From contig CAXXTF010000002.1 of NCBI GenBank assembly GCA_963665775.2, forward strand, positions 256,001 through 320,000: 64,000 nucleotides of DNA. The letters run 5' to 3'. The stretch comes from Dehalococcoidia bacterium. GTDB lineage: Bacteria; Chloroflexota; Dehalococcoidia; SM23-28-2; RBG-16-64-32. Positions within the stretch are counted from its first letter, which is position 1. Each line of letters opens with the position of its first letter. A program made the position numbers and the translations under genes. The notes beneath the pieces were generated by a model. It was not told the DNA's origin. It ran no database searches and was given only the letters and a program-made list of their open reading frames with translations. Below, one piece after another: positions 10,088 to 18,855 of the stretch.

Positions 10088-10260
10088 TTTGTATCTGGAA
10101 ACGCGACCTCACCGTAATGCCGCCGAGAGAATGGCCAGCTCCGCACGATAGCTTTAGCGGCGAGTTATGGTGCGCAGCCGCCAGTCCGTGAGGATGTGGA
10201 GATCCGGGGCGTCGGCGTGAGCCTCCCGAGGTTTCTTTCGCTAACAAAGGAGGGCCGAGA

Positions 10261-10809
10261 ATGTTGAAGACATTATTGATTTCGGTTGTAACCTTTGGCC
10301 TAGGAATTGCCGTGGCGATCCCAGTCTACCAAAGCTTCGCGAATCACGAAGCAGGGGAAACGTACACGGGTGCCCACGATGACGGTGGAGCCGTCACGGC
10401 GCGGGTGTCGAGTAACGGCACTGAGCTGACCTTCTTCCAGGCATCGGATGTTCCGTTAGACCCCTTCGACTGCCCAGGCCAGACTGTGGACGTGAATCTC
10501 AGCAAGGTACCGATCAATGAGCTTGTCCACTACTATATCCGGGATCAGGTGGTAAGCGGCGTGACCGTCGAGGTGTTAGGCGACTTCGAGATTCCCGGCT
10601 TCACGATCGGCTTCATTCGTGTCGAGATTGGAGACTGCTCCAGCATCTCTTCTTTTGCGGCTGGAGTTGACCGCGCTGCACCTGCTGGCGTGTTCGGTGA
10701 TGTTGATTGCGACGGAGACGTGGACGCCGTGGACTCGTTCAAACAACTGCAGTACGTTGCGGGCCTATCGGTGACGCAAACGGAGCCCTGCCCGGACATC
10801 GGCAGCTGA
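10261..10809 (+). CDS. Secreted protein with a C-terminal dockerin-like repeat
   Basis: Signal peptide; GDVDCDGDVDAVD motif; AGGAGG RBS. Confidence 0.75.
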   Translation: MLKTLLISVVTFGLGIAVAIPVYQSFANHEAGETYTGAHDDGGAVTARVSSNGTELTFFQASDVPLDPFDCPGQTVDVNLSKVPINELVHYYIRDQVVSGVTVEVLGDFEIPGFTIGFIRVEIGDCSSISSFAAGVDRAAPAGVFGDVDCDGDVDAVDSFKQLQYVAGLSVTQTEPCPDIGS

Positions 10810-10883
10810 CCCGGCAGCGGCTCGTTCGATGAGCGCGGCCTCCTCGCTAGGGCCGGGAGACGTGGGCGGCCAGGTGACTGGCG

Positions 10884-11168
10884 CTAGACGGCCCGCTGGG
10901 GCAGGTGCTCGACGATCATGTCCAGGGCCTCTCCGCGTTGGACCCAGCGCTGCAGCTCGCGATGAAGCAGACGGCTGATCTTCTGCAGCGCCTGGGCGCG
11001 GTCGGGAGCCTGCTTATGGGCTAGGGCCGTGTGCACCTCTCGCAAAGCGGCGTCGCAGACGTTGGCCATCCGCCAGGCGAGGAACCAGCGGTCGTTCAGG
11101 TCAACCCAGGCGTCGCCGGTTTTCGTCTCCTGTCGTGTTGCCGTTGTCGCCATTGATTGAGCCATCAC
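10884..11168 (-). CDS. Hypothetical protein
   Basis: 94-aa ORF with helical composition. Confidence 0.55.
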   Translation of the reverse strand: MMAQSMATTATRQETKTGDAWVDLNDRWFLAWRMANVCDAALREVHTALAHKQAPDRAQALQKISRLLHRELQRWVQRGEALDMIVEHLPQRAV

Positions 11169-11324
11169 TTTCTCTTAGATTCATCGATATTAGATGCTCG
11201 GTGGCCTTCCTTTGTTACATGAATCCCCTGTCTGTACGTACCGTACTGGTATACTGGAGTGGAATGCGGTCGAGCGTAGAGGTGATTAGACCTGCCTAGA
11301 CGACAGAGAAGACGGAAGAGGGGG

Positions 11325-12098
11325 ATGTCCTCCGCCGACGACTTCGCGGTCCGGAGGCGGAGGGCGCCGTTCCCCATCAACCTGATCTTCAACTACAAAA
11401 TCGTTTACGTCATCTTCATTGTGGCGCTAATCGGCGGTTTGGCAGCCGTTGGCCTGGGTGGCCTGTCCGGTAGTGGCCACACTCCGGTGCCCATCGTCGA
11501 TATTGGGGAGACGCCACAGCCCACAGCGACGCCGGCTGGCGTGCGCTTCCCCGACGGGCCGGTCCGCGACCCCGAGGCGACTCAACCGCACAAGGCTATC
11601 CTCGTGACCAACGGGGGCGAGATCGAGATAGAGCTCTTCACGGACGCGCCGGAAGCGGTGAATAGCTTCGCCTTTCTTGCTGAGAATGGCTTCTACAACG
11701 GCACGATCTTCTTCTATGTGAACCGCAACTTCTTCGCTCAGGCCGGCGATCCGGCCTGCAGCGTGAGCGAAGGGAGCACCTGTACCGGTGTGGGGGGCCC
11801 CGGATACTCCCTGCCTGTAGAGGACACCACTGTCGGTCATGAGCGGTGGGCAGTGGTAGCGCCGGCGGTGGTCGAAGGGGAAGAAGTGCACGGCAGCCAG
11901 TTCCGTATCCTGTTCAACGCGGATGAGCGGCTGGATGGCAAGGAGACCGTGTTCGGGAGAGTGGTGGCTGGGCAGGAGATACTGGAAGACCTGTCCGACT
12001 TCGTTCCCTGCTCCGTGACCGAGACCGACAGCTGTGATCCCGACCTCGATGTGTCATCGGCGCTGCTGATCGAAGAGGTCATCGTCGAGCCGGCGTAG
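11325..12098 (+). CDS. Membrane-anchored cyclophilin-type PPIase homolog with a degenerate active site
   Basis: TNGGEIEIEL...AP..NSF...GFYNG...QAGDP...GSQF...TVFGRV; N-terminal TM helix. Confidence 0.85.
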   Translation: MSSADDFAVRRRRAPFPINLIFNYKIVYVIFIVALIGGLAAVGLGGLSGSGHTPVPIVDIGETPQPTATPAGVRFPDGPVRDPEATQPHKAILVTNGGEIEIELFTDAPEAVNSFAFLAENGFYNGTIFFYVNRNFFAQAGDPACSVSEGSTCTGVGGPGYSLPVEDTTVGHERWAVVAPAVVEGEEVHGSQFRILFNADERLDGKETVFGRVVAGQEILEDLSDFVPCSVTETDSCDPDLDVSSALLIEEVIVEPA

Positions 12099-12172
12099 AC
12101 GAGCCCGGGAGAGTACAGTAAGGCCGACCATATTGGTCGGCCAGTCTTTGGTTTCTCGCTGCTACAGGTGCG

Positions 12173-12394
12173 CTAGCTCTTCTTCTCCTCGGTAGTTTCC
12201 GCAGTCACGGGCTCTTCCTCGTTGTCCGTCGCCTCTTCCTGGCCCTCCTTCACCTCTCGGCGGAACTCGCGGATGCCGCGGCCGACACCTTTGCCGATGT
12301 CACCGATACGGCTGGCGCCGAAGAGCACCACTACGATAGCCAATATAATTAATAGTTCTGCCGGCCCCAGGCCCGGGGATATTAGAAACGGCAT
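12173..12394 (-). CDS. tatA: Twin-arginine translocase TatA
   Basis: GPAELLIILAIVVVLFGASRIGDIGKGVGRGIREFR. Confidence 0.92.
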   Translation of the reverse strand: MPFLISPGLGPAELLIILAIVVVLFGASRIGDIGKGVGRGIREFRREVKEGQEEATDNEEEPVTAETTEEKKS

Positions 12395-12437
12395 AACATC
12401 GCCTCCTGCCTTTCAGGACTAGCATAGCACCGGCCTG

Positions 12438-12809
12438 TTACTCTGGCAACCGTCGTGAACCGGCAAGACGTTCGACGGCTGACATAAGGAGGATGAAGCC
12501 TGACGCCACCGCCAGCGCGGCCAGGCCTATCTGCCACAAGCCGCCAATCAGGAAGAAGATACCCACGGCAGCAGAGAATCCCAGTGACGACACGATAGCG
12601 ATTCGGGCAACCACAATGCCCAGGGGCATCCGGGGCAACGGCGGCTCTGGTTCTTTTAGCGGCCTCTCCTCCTCCGGCCGTTCCTGCTGCTGGGGCGCGG
12701 CGCGCTCGCCCACTGATCGGCCTGCCCGTGGCGGACCCTTTCTTGCGCGTCGGGTGATGGCGGTCGCCGACGGGGCCCGCTGCTCCTGGCCGGTATTCCC
12801 TTCGCTCAT
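12438..12809 (-). CDS. Hypothetical membrane protein (2 TM)
   Basis: Hydrophobic C-terminal hairpin; upstream of tatA. Confidence 0.65.
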   Translation of the reverse strand: MSEGNTGQEQRAPSATAITRRARKGPPRAGRSVGERAAPQQQERPEEERPLKEPEPPLPRMPLGIVVARIAIVSSLGFSAAVGIFFLIGGLWQIGLAALAVASGFILLMSAVERLAGSRRLPE

Positions 12810-12995
12810 CGCTCGATCAGCCCCTGCCGTCGCGGGCCGGCGTAGTCACCGTACACCTTCTTAACTTCCGTTCCAGTGGGCGTAACTCCTGCGTTCATGA
12901 TGCAGCCAGACGGAGCACCCATTTTCGCGGGCCCGTGAGAGTGTGCCCATCGCTGGTGATCGGTGTGAGCGTCACGGGAACGGCCGCGCCTCAGC

Positions 12996-13808
12996 CTAGC
13001 GGCCACTGAAGTTCGGGTCTCGCTTCTCTTCGAATGATCGCCGCCCCTCCTTGGCATCCTCGGTTAGCTGGGGGATGACGTTAGCGATGGCAGCCATCTC
13101 CAGAGACGTTTCGAAGCCGAGCTCCAGGCCACGCACCATCATCAGCTTGCCCAGCCTGAGGGCGATGGGCGGGCCTTTAGCTATTTTCGCTGCCAGTTCC
13201 TGGGTCGCTTCCTCCAACTGGTCGTGAGGCACGAGCTTGTTGAGCAGACCGTACCGTTCGGCCTCCTGACCGTCCACGAAGTCGCCGGTGTAGAGCATCT
13301 CCAGCGCCTTCGCCAGGCCGACGACCCTGGGCAGGAAGAAGGTGCCTCCCGTGTAAGGAAGCACCCCGCGCTTCACAAACGCTACCTGAAACCGGGCCTT
13401 ATCGGAGCCGATCCGGAGATCGCAGGCGAGGGCCAGGTCCAGGCCGCAGCCGGTGCAGGCGCCGTTGACGGAGGCGATGGTGGGTTTGTCCAGATTGCGA
13501 ATCGTCTTCGTGATGAGCTGGAACCCGCGACGCATGCGCTGGCGGCGGCCGTCAATCCCCCAGTTCTCCTGCGGCAGGTCACTTGTGACGGCGCCCGGCG
13601 TGAAATCCGCCCCCGAACAGAAGCCGCGCCCGGCGCCCGTGATGACGATAACTCTCACCTCCGGGTCCAGATCTGATTTCAGCAGGCAGTTCACCAACTC
13701 CGTAGAGAGGTCCTGGGTCAACGCATTGAGCCGCTCTGGACGGTTCAGGGTAATCCAGGCCACGTTCCCCGCTTGGCGGAAGATGAGGCTGGAATACTGT
13801 GATGCCAT
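12996..13808 (-). CDS. Enoyl-CoA hydratase/isomerase family protein
   Basis: ITLNRPERLNA, FCSGAD, PTIASVNG and ACDLR crotonase motifs. Confidence 0.92.
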   Translation of the reverse strand: MASQYSSLIFRQAGNVAWITLNRPERLNALTQDLSTELVNCLLKSDLDPEVRVIVITGAGRGFCSGADFTPGAVTSDLPQENWGIDGRRQRMRRGFQLITKTIRNLDKPTIASVNGACTGCGLDLALACDLRIGSDKARFQVAFVKRGVLPYTGGTFFLPRVVGLAKALEMLYTGDFVDGQEAERYGLLNKLVPHDQLEEATQELAAKIAKGPPIALRLGKLMMVRGLELGFETSLEMAAIANVIPQLTEDAKEGRRSFEEKRDPNFSGR

Positions 13809-13965
13809 AAGGAGGTACCCTCTCTCTCAGAGTGGGCTAGAGCATGCTATCTGGGTGATAGTCTACCAGCGACGCGCGACTGCGATCGGAAGTGCGGGCG
13901 TCCAAGTCGGTCCCGGTCAGACATCGATCTCGACCACGAACGCGAACCGACTCGTATCTGGAGGC

Positions 13966-14015
13966 TGGTCGGGGTGGGCAGATTCGAACTGCCGGCCTCC
14001 TGTTCCCCAACCAGG
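13966..14015 (-). mobile_element. 3' half of tRNA-Pro(GGG): att-site remnant of an integrative element
   Basis: Minus strand reads TTGGGGAACAGGAGGCCGGCAGTTCGAATCTGCCCACCCCGACCA (anticodon loop to CCA) with no matching 5' acceptor strand or D arm. Confidence 0.75.
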
Positions 14016-14023
14016 CTGCGTAC

Positions 14024-14054
14024 CTCCCATAGACTCCCATAGAGACCCATTATA
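14024..14054. repeat. Tandem 10-bp repeats (integrase arm-type sites)
   Basis: CTCCCATAGA CTCCCATAGA GACCCATTATA beside the tRNA fragment. Confidence 0.55.
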
Positions 14055-14478
14055 TACCTACTGTTTCCCGTCAGCATTAAGGGAACAGTGGGTAAGCAGC
14101 TCTTCGTGCGCATCTGAGGGCTTGCTCTCGCTCTCCAAGTGGCGGTAAGGTGCTGCCCAGAAGGGAGGAGCGAGAGTGGCAGAGATTGGCGGCTGCCTGC
14201 CCTTCAGGAGCGTTGCAGAGGGCACTCCTCCCCTCCTTGCTCAACGGGTGGATCAAGAACAGGAGCGGGTGCTGCCGGTCTTGGCTTGAAGGGCAGGGCC
14301 AGGCGGTTCGTGGGGAGAGTTGAGCTGCAACGAGTTGATGAGGAGGGAACGCAAACCGGTAAAAGGCGGGCCAGTTGACAAGCTGTTTCGTAAAGAGCAA
14401 TATTCGGCCATGAAGCGGTGCTAGCCACAAGCCGGTCCAGGTTTGATAAGGCGATGTCATCGTAGGTAAGGTGCAATT

Positions 14479-15687
14479 ATGGATTTCGAGATCACATTCA
14501 CCCCGGATATTGAAGCCTTCCGCAGCGAGGTCTCGCGGTGGCTAGATGAAGACCCTCCCGAGTTTTCGCCCTCCGTTGCCTACTCGGAGGATGAGGATGA
14601 CGATGGTGTGGAATGGAACAAGCGGCTAAGCTTCCGTCGCAAACTGGGCGGGCAAGGCTGGCTGTATCCGACCGCTCCGAACGAGTACGGTGGCGGCGGG
14701 CTGACATCAGACCACGCCATCATCATCTCCCAGGAGTTGGAGCGGCGCGGTATACCCAGTATGCAGGACCTAGGCCACATGGCCTCGGCCTGCATACTGG
14801 TGTGGGGCACTGAGGAACAGCGGCGGCGCTTTGCTGAGCCCATCCTTACCGGCGAGGCGACGACCTGGCAGCTGCTCACCGAGCCCCAGGGCGGGACCGA
14901 CCTGGCCAGCGCCCAAACGCGGGCGGTCCGTGACGGCGATGATTACATCGTCAATGGTAACAAGGTCTTCGTAGCCGGGCGGCAGGGGGTGGACTTTCTC
15001 TGGACCCTGGTGAACACCGATCCGAACGGGCAACGCCATCGGAACCTGACCTACCTGATGATCCCGGGCGACCTCCCTGGAATTACGGTCACTCCCATGA
15101 GCCTGCTCTCCGGCTTCCGAGGAGGGGTGTTCTTCGACAATGTGCGGGTGCCGGGCTCATGCCGTATCGGTCCGGAGAACGAGGCCTGGACAACAGTGGC
15201 CAGCAGCAACATGGAGTTGGAGCACGGCGGCGGCGGCAATATTGCGACCGACCGACAACTGCAGGCATTAATCGCCTTCCTCAAGGAGACAAAGGCAAAA
15301 GGCGAGCCGCTCCTAAGGGACGAGGGGCTTCGCGACTTATTTGCCCAGGCGTATATAGAGCGCGAGACGGAACGACTCTTCGGCCTGCGAAACTTCTGGA
15401 TGCGAAACAGCCGCGTTCCCATGGCCCACGAGGGACCGCAGCTCAATCACTGGCGAAAAGGGCACCCCCATAGCTTTGCGCGGGCAGCCCAGGATATCCT
15501 GGGTTATTATGCCCTCACTCAGGACCCCGCGTACGCGCCCGCGGCGGGGCTGCTGGAGCAACAGCAGCGGGGGGCGTTCGCCATGCAGCACGCAGGGGGC
15601 GGCTTCAACATCCAGGCGACGGTCCTCGCCCGGAGGTTGGGCATTGGGCGAACCGTCCAGGAAGAGGCGGGGCGGGTGAACCTGTGA
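14479..15687 (+). CDS. Acyl-CoA dehydrogenase, FadE26-like subunit
   Basis: EYGGGG, LTEPQGGTDLAS, VNGNKVF and VFFDNVRVP motifs. Confidence 0.9.
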   Translation: MDFEITFTPDIEAFRSEVSRWLDEDPPEFSPSVAYSEDEDDDGVEWNKRLSFRRKLGGQGWLYPTAPNEYGGGGLTSDHAIIISQELERRGIPSMQDLGHMASACILVWGTEEQRRRFAEPILTGEATTWQLLTEPQGGTDLASAQTRAVRDGDDYIVNGNKVFVAGRQGVDFLWTLVNTDPNGQRHRNLTYLMIPGDLPGITVTPMSLLSGFRGGVFFDNVRVPGSCRIGPENEAWTTVASSNMELEHGGGGNIATDRQLQALIAFLKETKAKGEPLLRDEGLRDLFAQAYIERETERLFGLRNFWMRNSRVPMAHEGPQLNHWRKGHPHSFARAAQDILGYYALTQDPAYAPAAGLLEQQQRGAFAMQHAGGGFNIQATVLARRLGIGRTVQEEAGRVNL

Positions 15688-15767
15688 GGGACACAAATGT
15701 CCGGGTCGTCGATCGCGTCAGGCCGGTCACATCTTCAGCGCCAGAAAGCTTATCAAGGAAGTGATAG

Positions 15768-16916
15768 ATGGATCTCTCCCCCAATGAGCAGCAACAGCAA
15801 CTGAAGGATGTCGCTCGAGACTTTGTGAGACGGGAGGCCTCCCGGGAGACCCTGGTCGCTATGGACAGGGAAGGCGTAACCTTTGAGCGAGAGCTGTGGC
15901 GGAAGGCTGCCTCCCTGGGATGGCTGGGCGTGGCCATCCCGCCGGAGTACGGCGGCGAGGGGACGTCCCTGCTCGATGCGGCAGTCATCTACGAGGAGTT
16001 AGGCCGTGGCCCCGTCCCCGGCCCCTTCTTCGATTCGTCCGTCCTGTGTGCCCAGATCATCTTGGCTGGAGGCACGGAAGAACAGAAACGCAGCCTGCTG
16101 CCCGCTATCGCCAGCGGCGAGCGCATCTTCACCCTGGCTGCTCTGGACCCCTCACCCCGGTGGGGCCCAGAGTACGTGCGGATGGGGGCGACTCCGGGCA
16201 ATGGTGGCTTTGATCTGAACGGCGTTAAGCCGTTCGTACTGTACGCCTCGGTGAGCGACTCGTACCTGGTCGCCGCCCGCACGTCAAACGCGGGGTCGAA
16301 CGCTGAGGACGGCATTTCCCTGTTCGTGCTGGATAGAGACACACCCGGTGTCCGGGTGAGGGAGCTCGCAGGAAGACCGCTTGAAGGGCTCATCTCGGGC
16401 GTTAGTGAGGTCACCCTGGACGCTGTCCGGCTGCCGGCATCAGCGGTGTTGGGCGAGACCGGGGAGGGATGGCGCTACCTAGAACGAGCCGCGATACAGG
16501 CCATCCCGGTGCTCTGCTCCTACGAGGTCGGAGGGATGGAGGCGCTTACTGAGATGGCCATCGAGTACAGCCAGAGCAGGGTTGTGTTCGGTCAGCCGAT
16601 TGGACGGTTCCAGCGGGTACAGGACCGGATCATCGACGCCGTCAACCACAGGGATGCCGCCCGCTGGATCAACTACGAAACCATCTGGAAGCTCGAGACC
16701 GGCCGCCCGGCTGAGGCAAGCGTGCATATGGCCAAAGCCGTGGCGAGCGAGGGCTACTACGAGGCGTCTGACCTTACGGCCGCCGTCTTCGGGGGGTTAG
16801 GCGTCGAACCAGGGACCGGTGTGAACAAACATATCAAGATGTCGCGAAGGCTCTACTCGTACCTTGGCGACCCGGTATACCACCGGGGCCGGTTGGTAGA
16901 TGCTCTGGACGTCTAA
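15768..16916 (+). CDS. Acyl-CoA dehydrogenase, FadE27-like partner subunit
   Basis: IPPEYGG, LNGVKPFV and RVVFGQPIGRFQRVQ motifs; tandem with the preceding ACAD. Confidence 0.9.
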   Translation: MDLSPNEQQQQLKDVARDFVRREASRETLVAMDREGVTFERELWRKAASLGWLGVAIPPEYGGEGTSLLDAAVIYEELGRGPVPGPFFDSSVLCAQIILAGGTEEQKRSLLPAIASGERIFTLAALDPSPRWGPEYVRMGATPGNGGFDLNGVKPFVLYASVSDSYLVAARTSNAGSNAEDGISLFVLDRDTPGVRVRELAGRPLEGLISGVSEVTLDAVRLPASAVLGETGEGWRYLERAAIQAIPVLCSYEVGGMEALTEMAIEYSQSRVVFGQPIGRFQRVQDRIIDAVNHRDAARWINYETIWKLETGRPAEASVHMAKAVASEGYYEASDLTAAVFGGLGVEPGTGVNKHIKMSRRLYSYLGDPVYHRGRLVDALDV

Positions 16917-17361
16917 CGGCAGTTCCACTCTGAGACTCCTTCAGCAACCCAGGGTAGCGGGCAGGGCGGGGCAAAGGAGGAGAAGGGACGAGATGAACGC
17001 CAGGCTCGGTCAGGCGATGTCTCAACGCTGGCCCATTACCTGATTGAGTCATCCCTCCAGATACGGATGGGATTTTGGCACCCCACAGGCCTCCTACGTC
17101 AACGATGTTCCTCAAACCTAGTATGGCTCGTTGATCCCTGCGCGGGGCGCGGTGCTAACGTCGCCCGCCGCCAGCCTGACGGAACTTGGCGACTGGTCAT
17201 TCACCACGACCTCGGTACGGATTGATCCAGCTTCTGCCGGCTGCTACCCTAGCACCGCTAGTGCTAGTTGGGGGAGCCCGATGCGGCTATTCGTCGACAA
17301 TGACCTGAATTGGCCAGGCGAATCGGTGGCCTATACTGGCTTTGCACAATAAACCCCGTTT

Positions 17362-18594
17362 TCAGGCTACTTTCTGTGCAAGACCGAGTTGTGCACAAAA
17401 ATTAGGTTCGACTCCAAACTCGTGAATCGCTTGGATCAGCACGCAGATATTATGGCATAGAACCTTACAGAGGACTTCGTTGACCATGCCGCTGTCGCTC
17501 TTGCTGCGGACCGAATCTCCGAATTTTGCCTTGCACATCGAGAACACCGTCTCCACATTGGAACGACGGTGGTAATGAGTCATAAACGCTTCCCGGTTAA
17601 GCATAAAGTAATGGTACATGCGGCCCCACGCCGAGTTTTCCGTGGTCGGGAGCGTATTGCTCTTGAACGGAACGAACGGCGTTGCGTCAATGGTCTCGAC
17701 CGCTGCCAAGTTCTTGTGGCTCAGGTACGCCTTGTCCGCCGAGATTTCGGACATGTGAAAGTTCCTGGCGGTCTGCTCCAAGAGAGGCACGAAGTAGGTG
17801 GTATCGTGAGCTTCCCATCCGCTCACATCGACGCTGGTGACAATATGCGTGTTGACTCCGCACATCAGATGCACCTTGACCCACTCGCGGTTGTCGATGT
17901 CTCGCCCGTACTTTTTGTTGTACCAGCGGATGAAGCGGGACGTGGTGAAACCGCTAGAGTCAATGGCGAATTGAGTCTCCACGGCTTTGAGCGGGAGGCT
18001 GCTTACGGTGACCAAGTGCTTGAGGATCGGTGTCATATCGGGATTGGAAAGGTAGTTTGTGACCGAGTTGAAGTGAGGAGTGCTGGCGACCAGGCCCTCA
18101 GGTTTAGCGTCCCGAAGGTCGCTGGTAAAACGTCGGGAAGAGAAGCCGGTGTAAACCTTGTAGGCCGAAGCAAAGAGCATGTCTGCCAGCGGGAGTGCTG
18201 GACGGCCTCTGCCTTCGTGGATAGGCTGCTGGATACCCCTACAGAGATCAGCCAACAGGACGCCGAACCGAGTCTTTTCCTCGGATTGCGCTGCATTGTA
18301 AGCCGTCCAGTTCTGAGGGTAAGTCTTGCGCGTGACCTTGGTCACCCGGACCGCTTCAGTCTCCGTAACCATTCCGTTCTCGTCAGTCTCGCGCTCCATG
18401 ACATACTCGACCGCCCACAGGTGCTTGCACTTCACTTGGCGGGTTTCATGATCGGGGCACGAACATCGGAGCCCAGGTATAACGGTGTACCTCTCGCCGT
18501 CCTTGGCTTGAGACGGCACCAACCAGGTATCATCCTGTCTACGTATCCTGCTCTTAGCCGCTATCTCCAATCCTCTTTGCTGCCTAGCGTCCAT
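17362..18594 (-). CDS. Transposase: N-terminal SWIM Zn finger plus IS4/IS5-like DDE domain
   Basis: CSCPD...CKH SWIM motif; FAIDSSG, ISADKAY and YHRRSNVETVFSMCK (Y-2-R-3-E-6-K); ATG at 18594 follows a GGGGGA RBS. Confidence 0.9.
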   Translation of the reverse strand: MDARQQRGLEIAAKSRIRRQDDTWLVPSQAKDGERYTVIPGLRCSCPDHETRQVKCKHLWAVEYVMERETDENGMVTETEAVRVTKVTRKTYPQNWTAYNAAQSEEKTRFGVLLADLCRGIQQPIHEGRGRPALPLADMLFASAYKVYTGFSSRRFTSDLRDAKPEGLVASTPHFNSVTNYLSNPDMTPILKHLVTVSSLPLKAVETQFAIDSSGFTTSRFIRWYNKKYGRDIDNREWVKVHLMCGVNTHIVTSVDVSGWEAHDTTYFVPLLEQTARNFHMSEISADKAYLSHKNLAAVETIDATPFVPFKSNTLPTTENSAWGRMYHYFMLNREAFMTHYHRRSNVETVFSMCKAKFGDSVRSKSDSGMVNEVLCKVLCHNICVLIQAIHEFGVEPNFCAQLGLAQKVA

Positions 18595-18622
18595 GTCTGC
18601 TTCCCCCCTTAACTTACCTAGC

Positions 18623-18671
18623 AGTATATTACCACCAAGGGCTTGCAATGTCAACCTTGTGAGCATATACT
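18623..18671. promoter_or_regulatory. Overlapping divergent sigma70 promoters for the transposase and the cargo operon
   Basis: Plus strand TTGCAA(18643)-17-TATACT(18666); minus strand TTGACA(18654)-17-TAATAT(18631). Confidence 0.65.
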
Positions 18672-18699
18672 ACAAAGGGATTACTACTAGGGGTGCAGA

Positions 18700-18846
18700 A
18701 TGGCCATTATTGCGATGAAAGGGTATGCCTGTGAGCGATGTGAGCATAAGTGGGCACCCAGGGCATTAGGCCAGGAGCCGAAGGTATGCCCGAAGTGCAA
18801 GAGTCCTTATTGGAACACTCCTCGCAAAGCAACCAAGACCGGCTAG
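18700..18846 (+). CDS. 48-aa Zn-ribbon protein MAIIAMKGYACERCEHKWAPRALGQEPKVCPKCKSPYWNTPRKATKTG
   Basis: CxxC...CPxC-SPYW; AGGGG RBS; its stop overlaps the RBS of the next gene; below the ORF-track cutoff. Confidence 0.8.
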   Translation: MAIIAMKGYACERCEHKWAPRALGQEPKVCPKCKSPYWNTPRKATKTG

Positions 18847-18855
18847 GAGGCAAGC

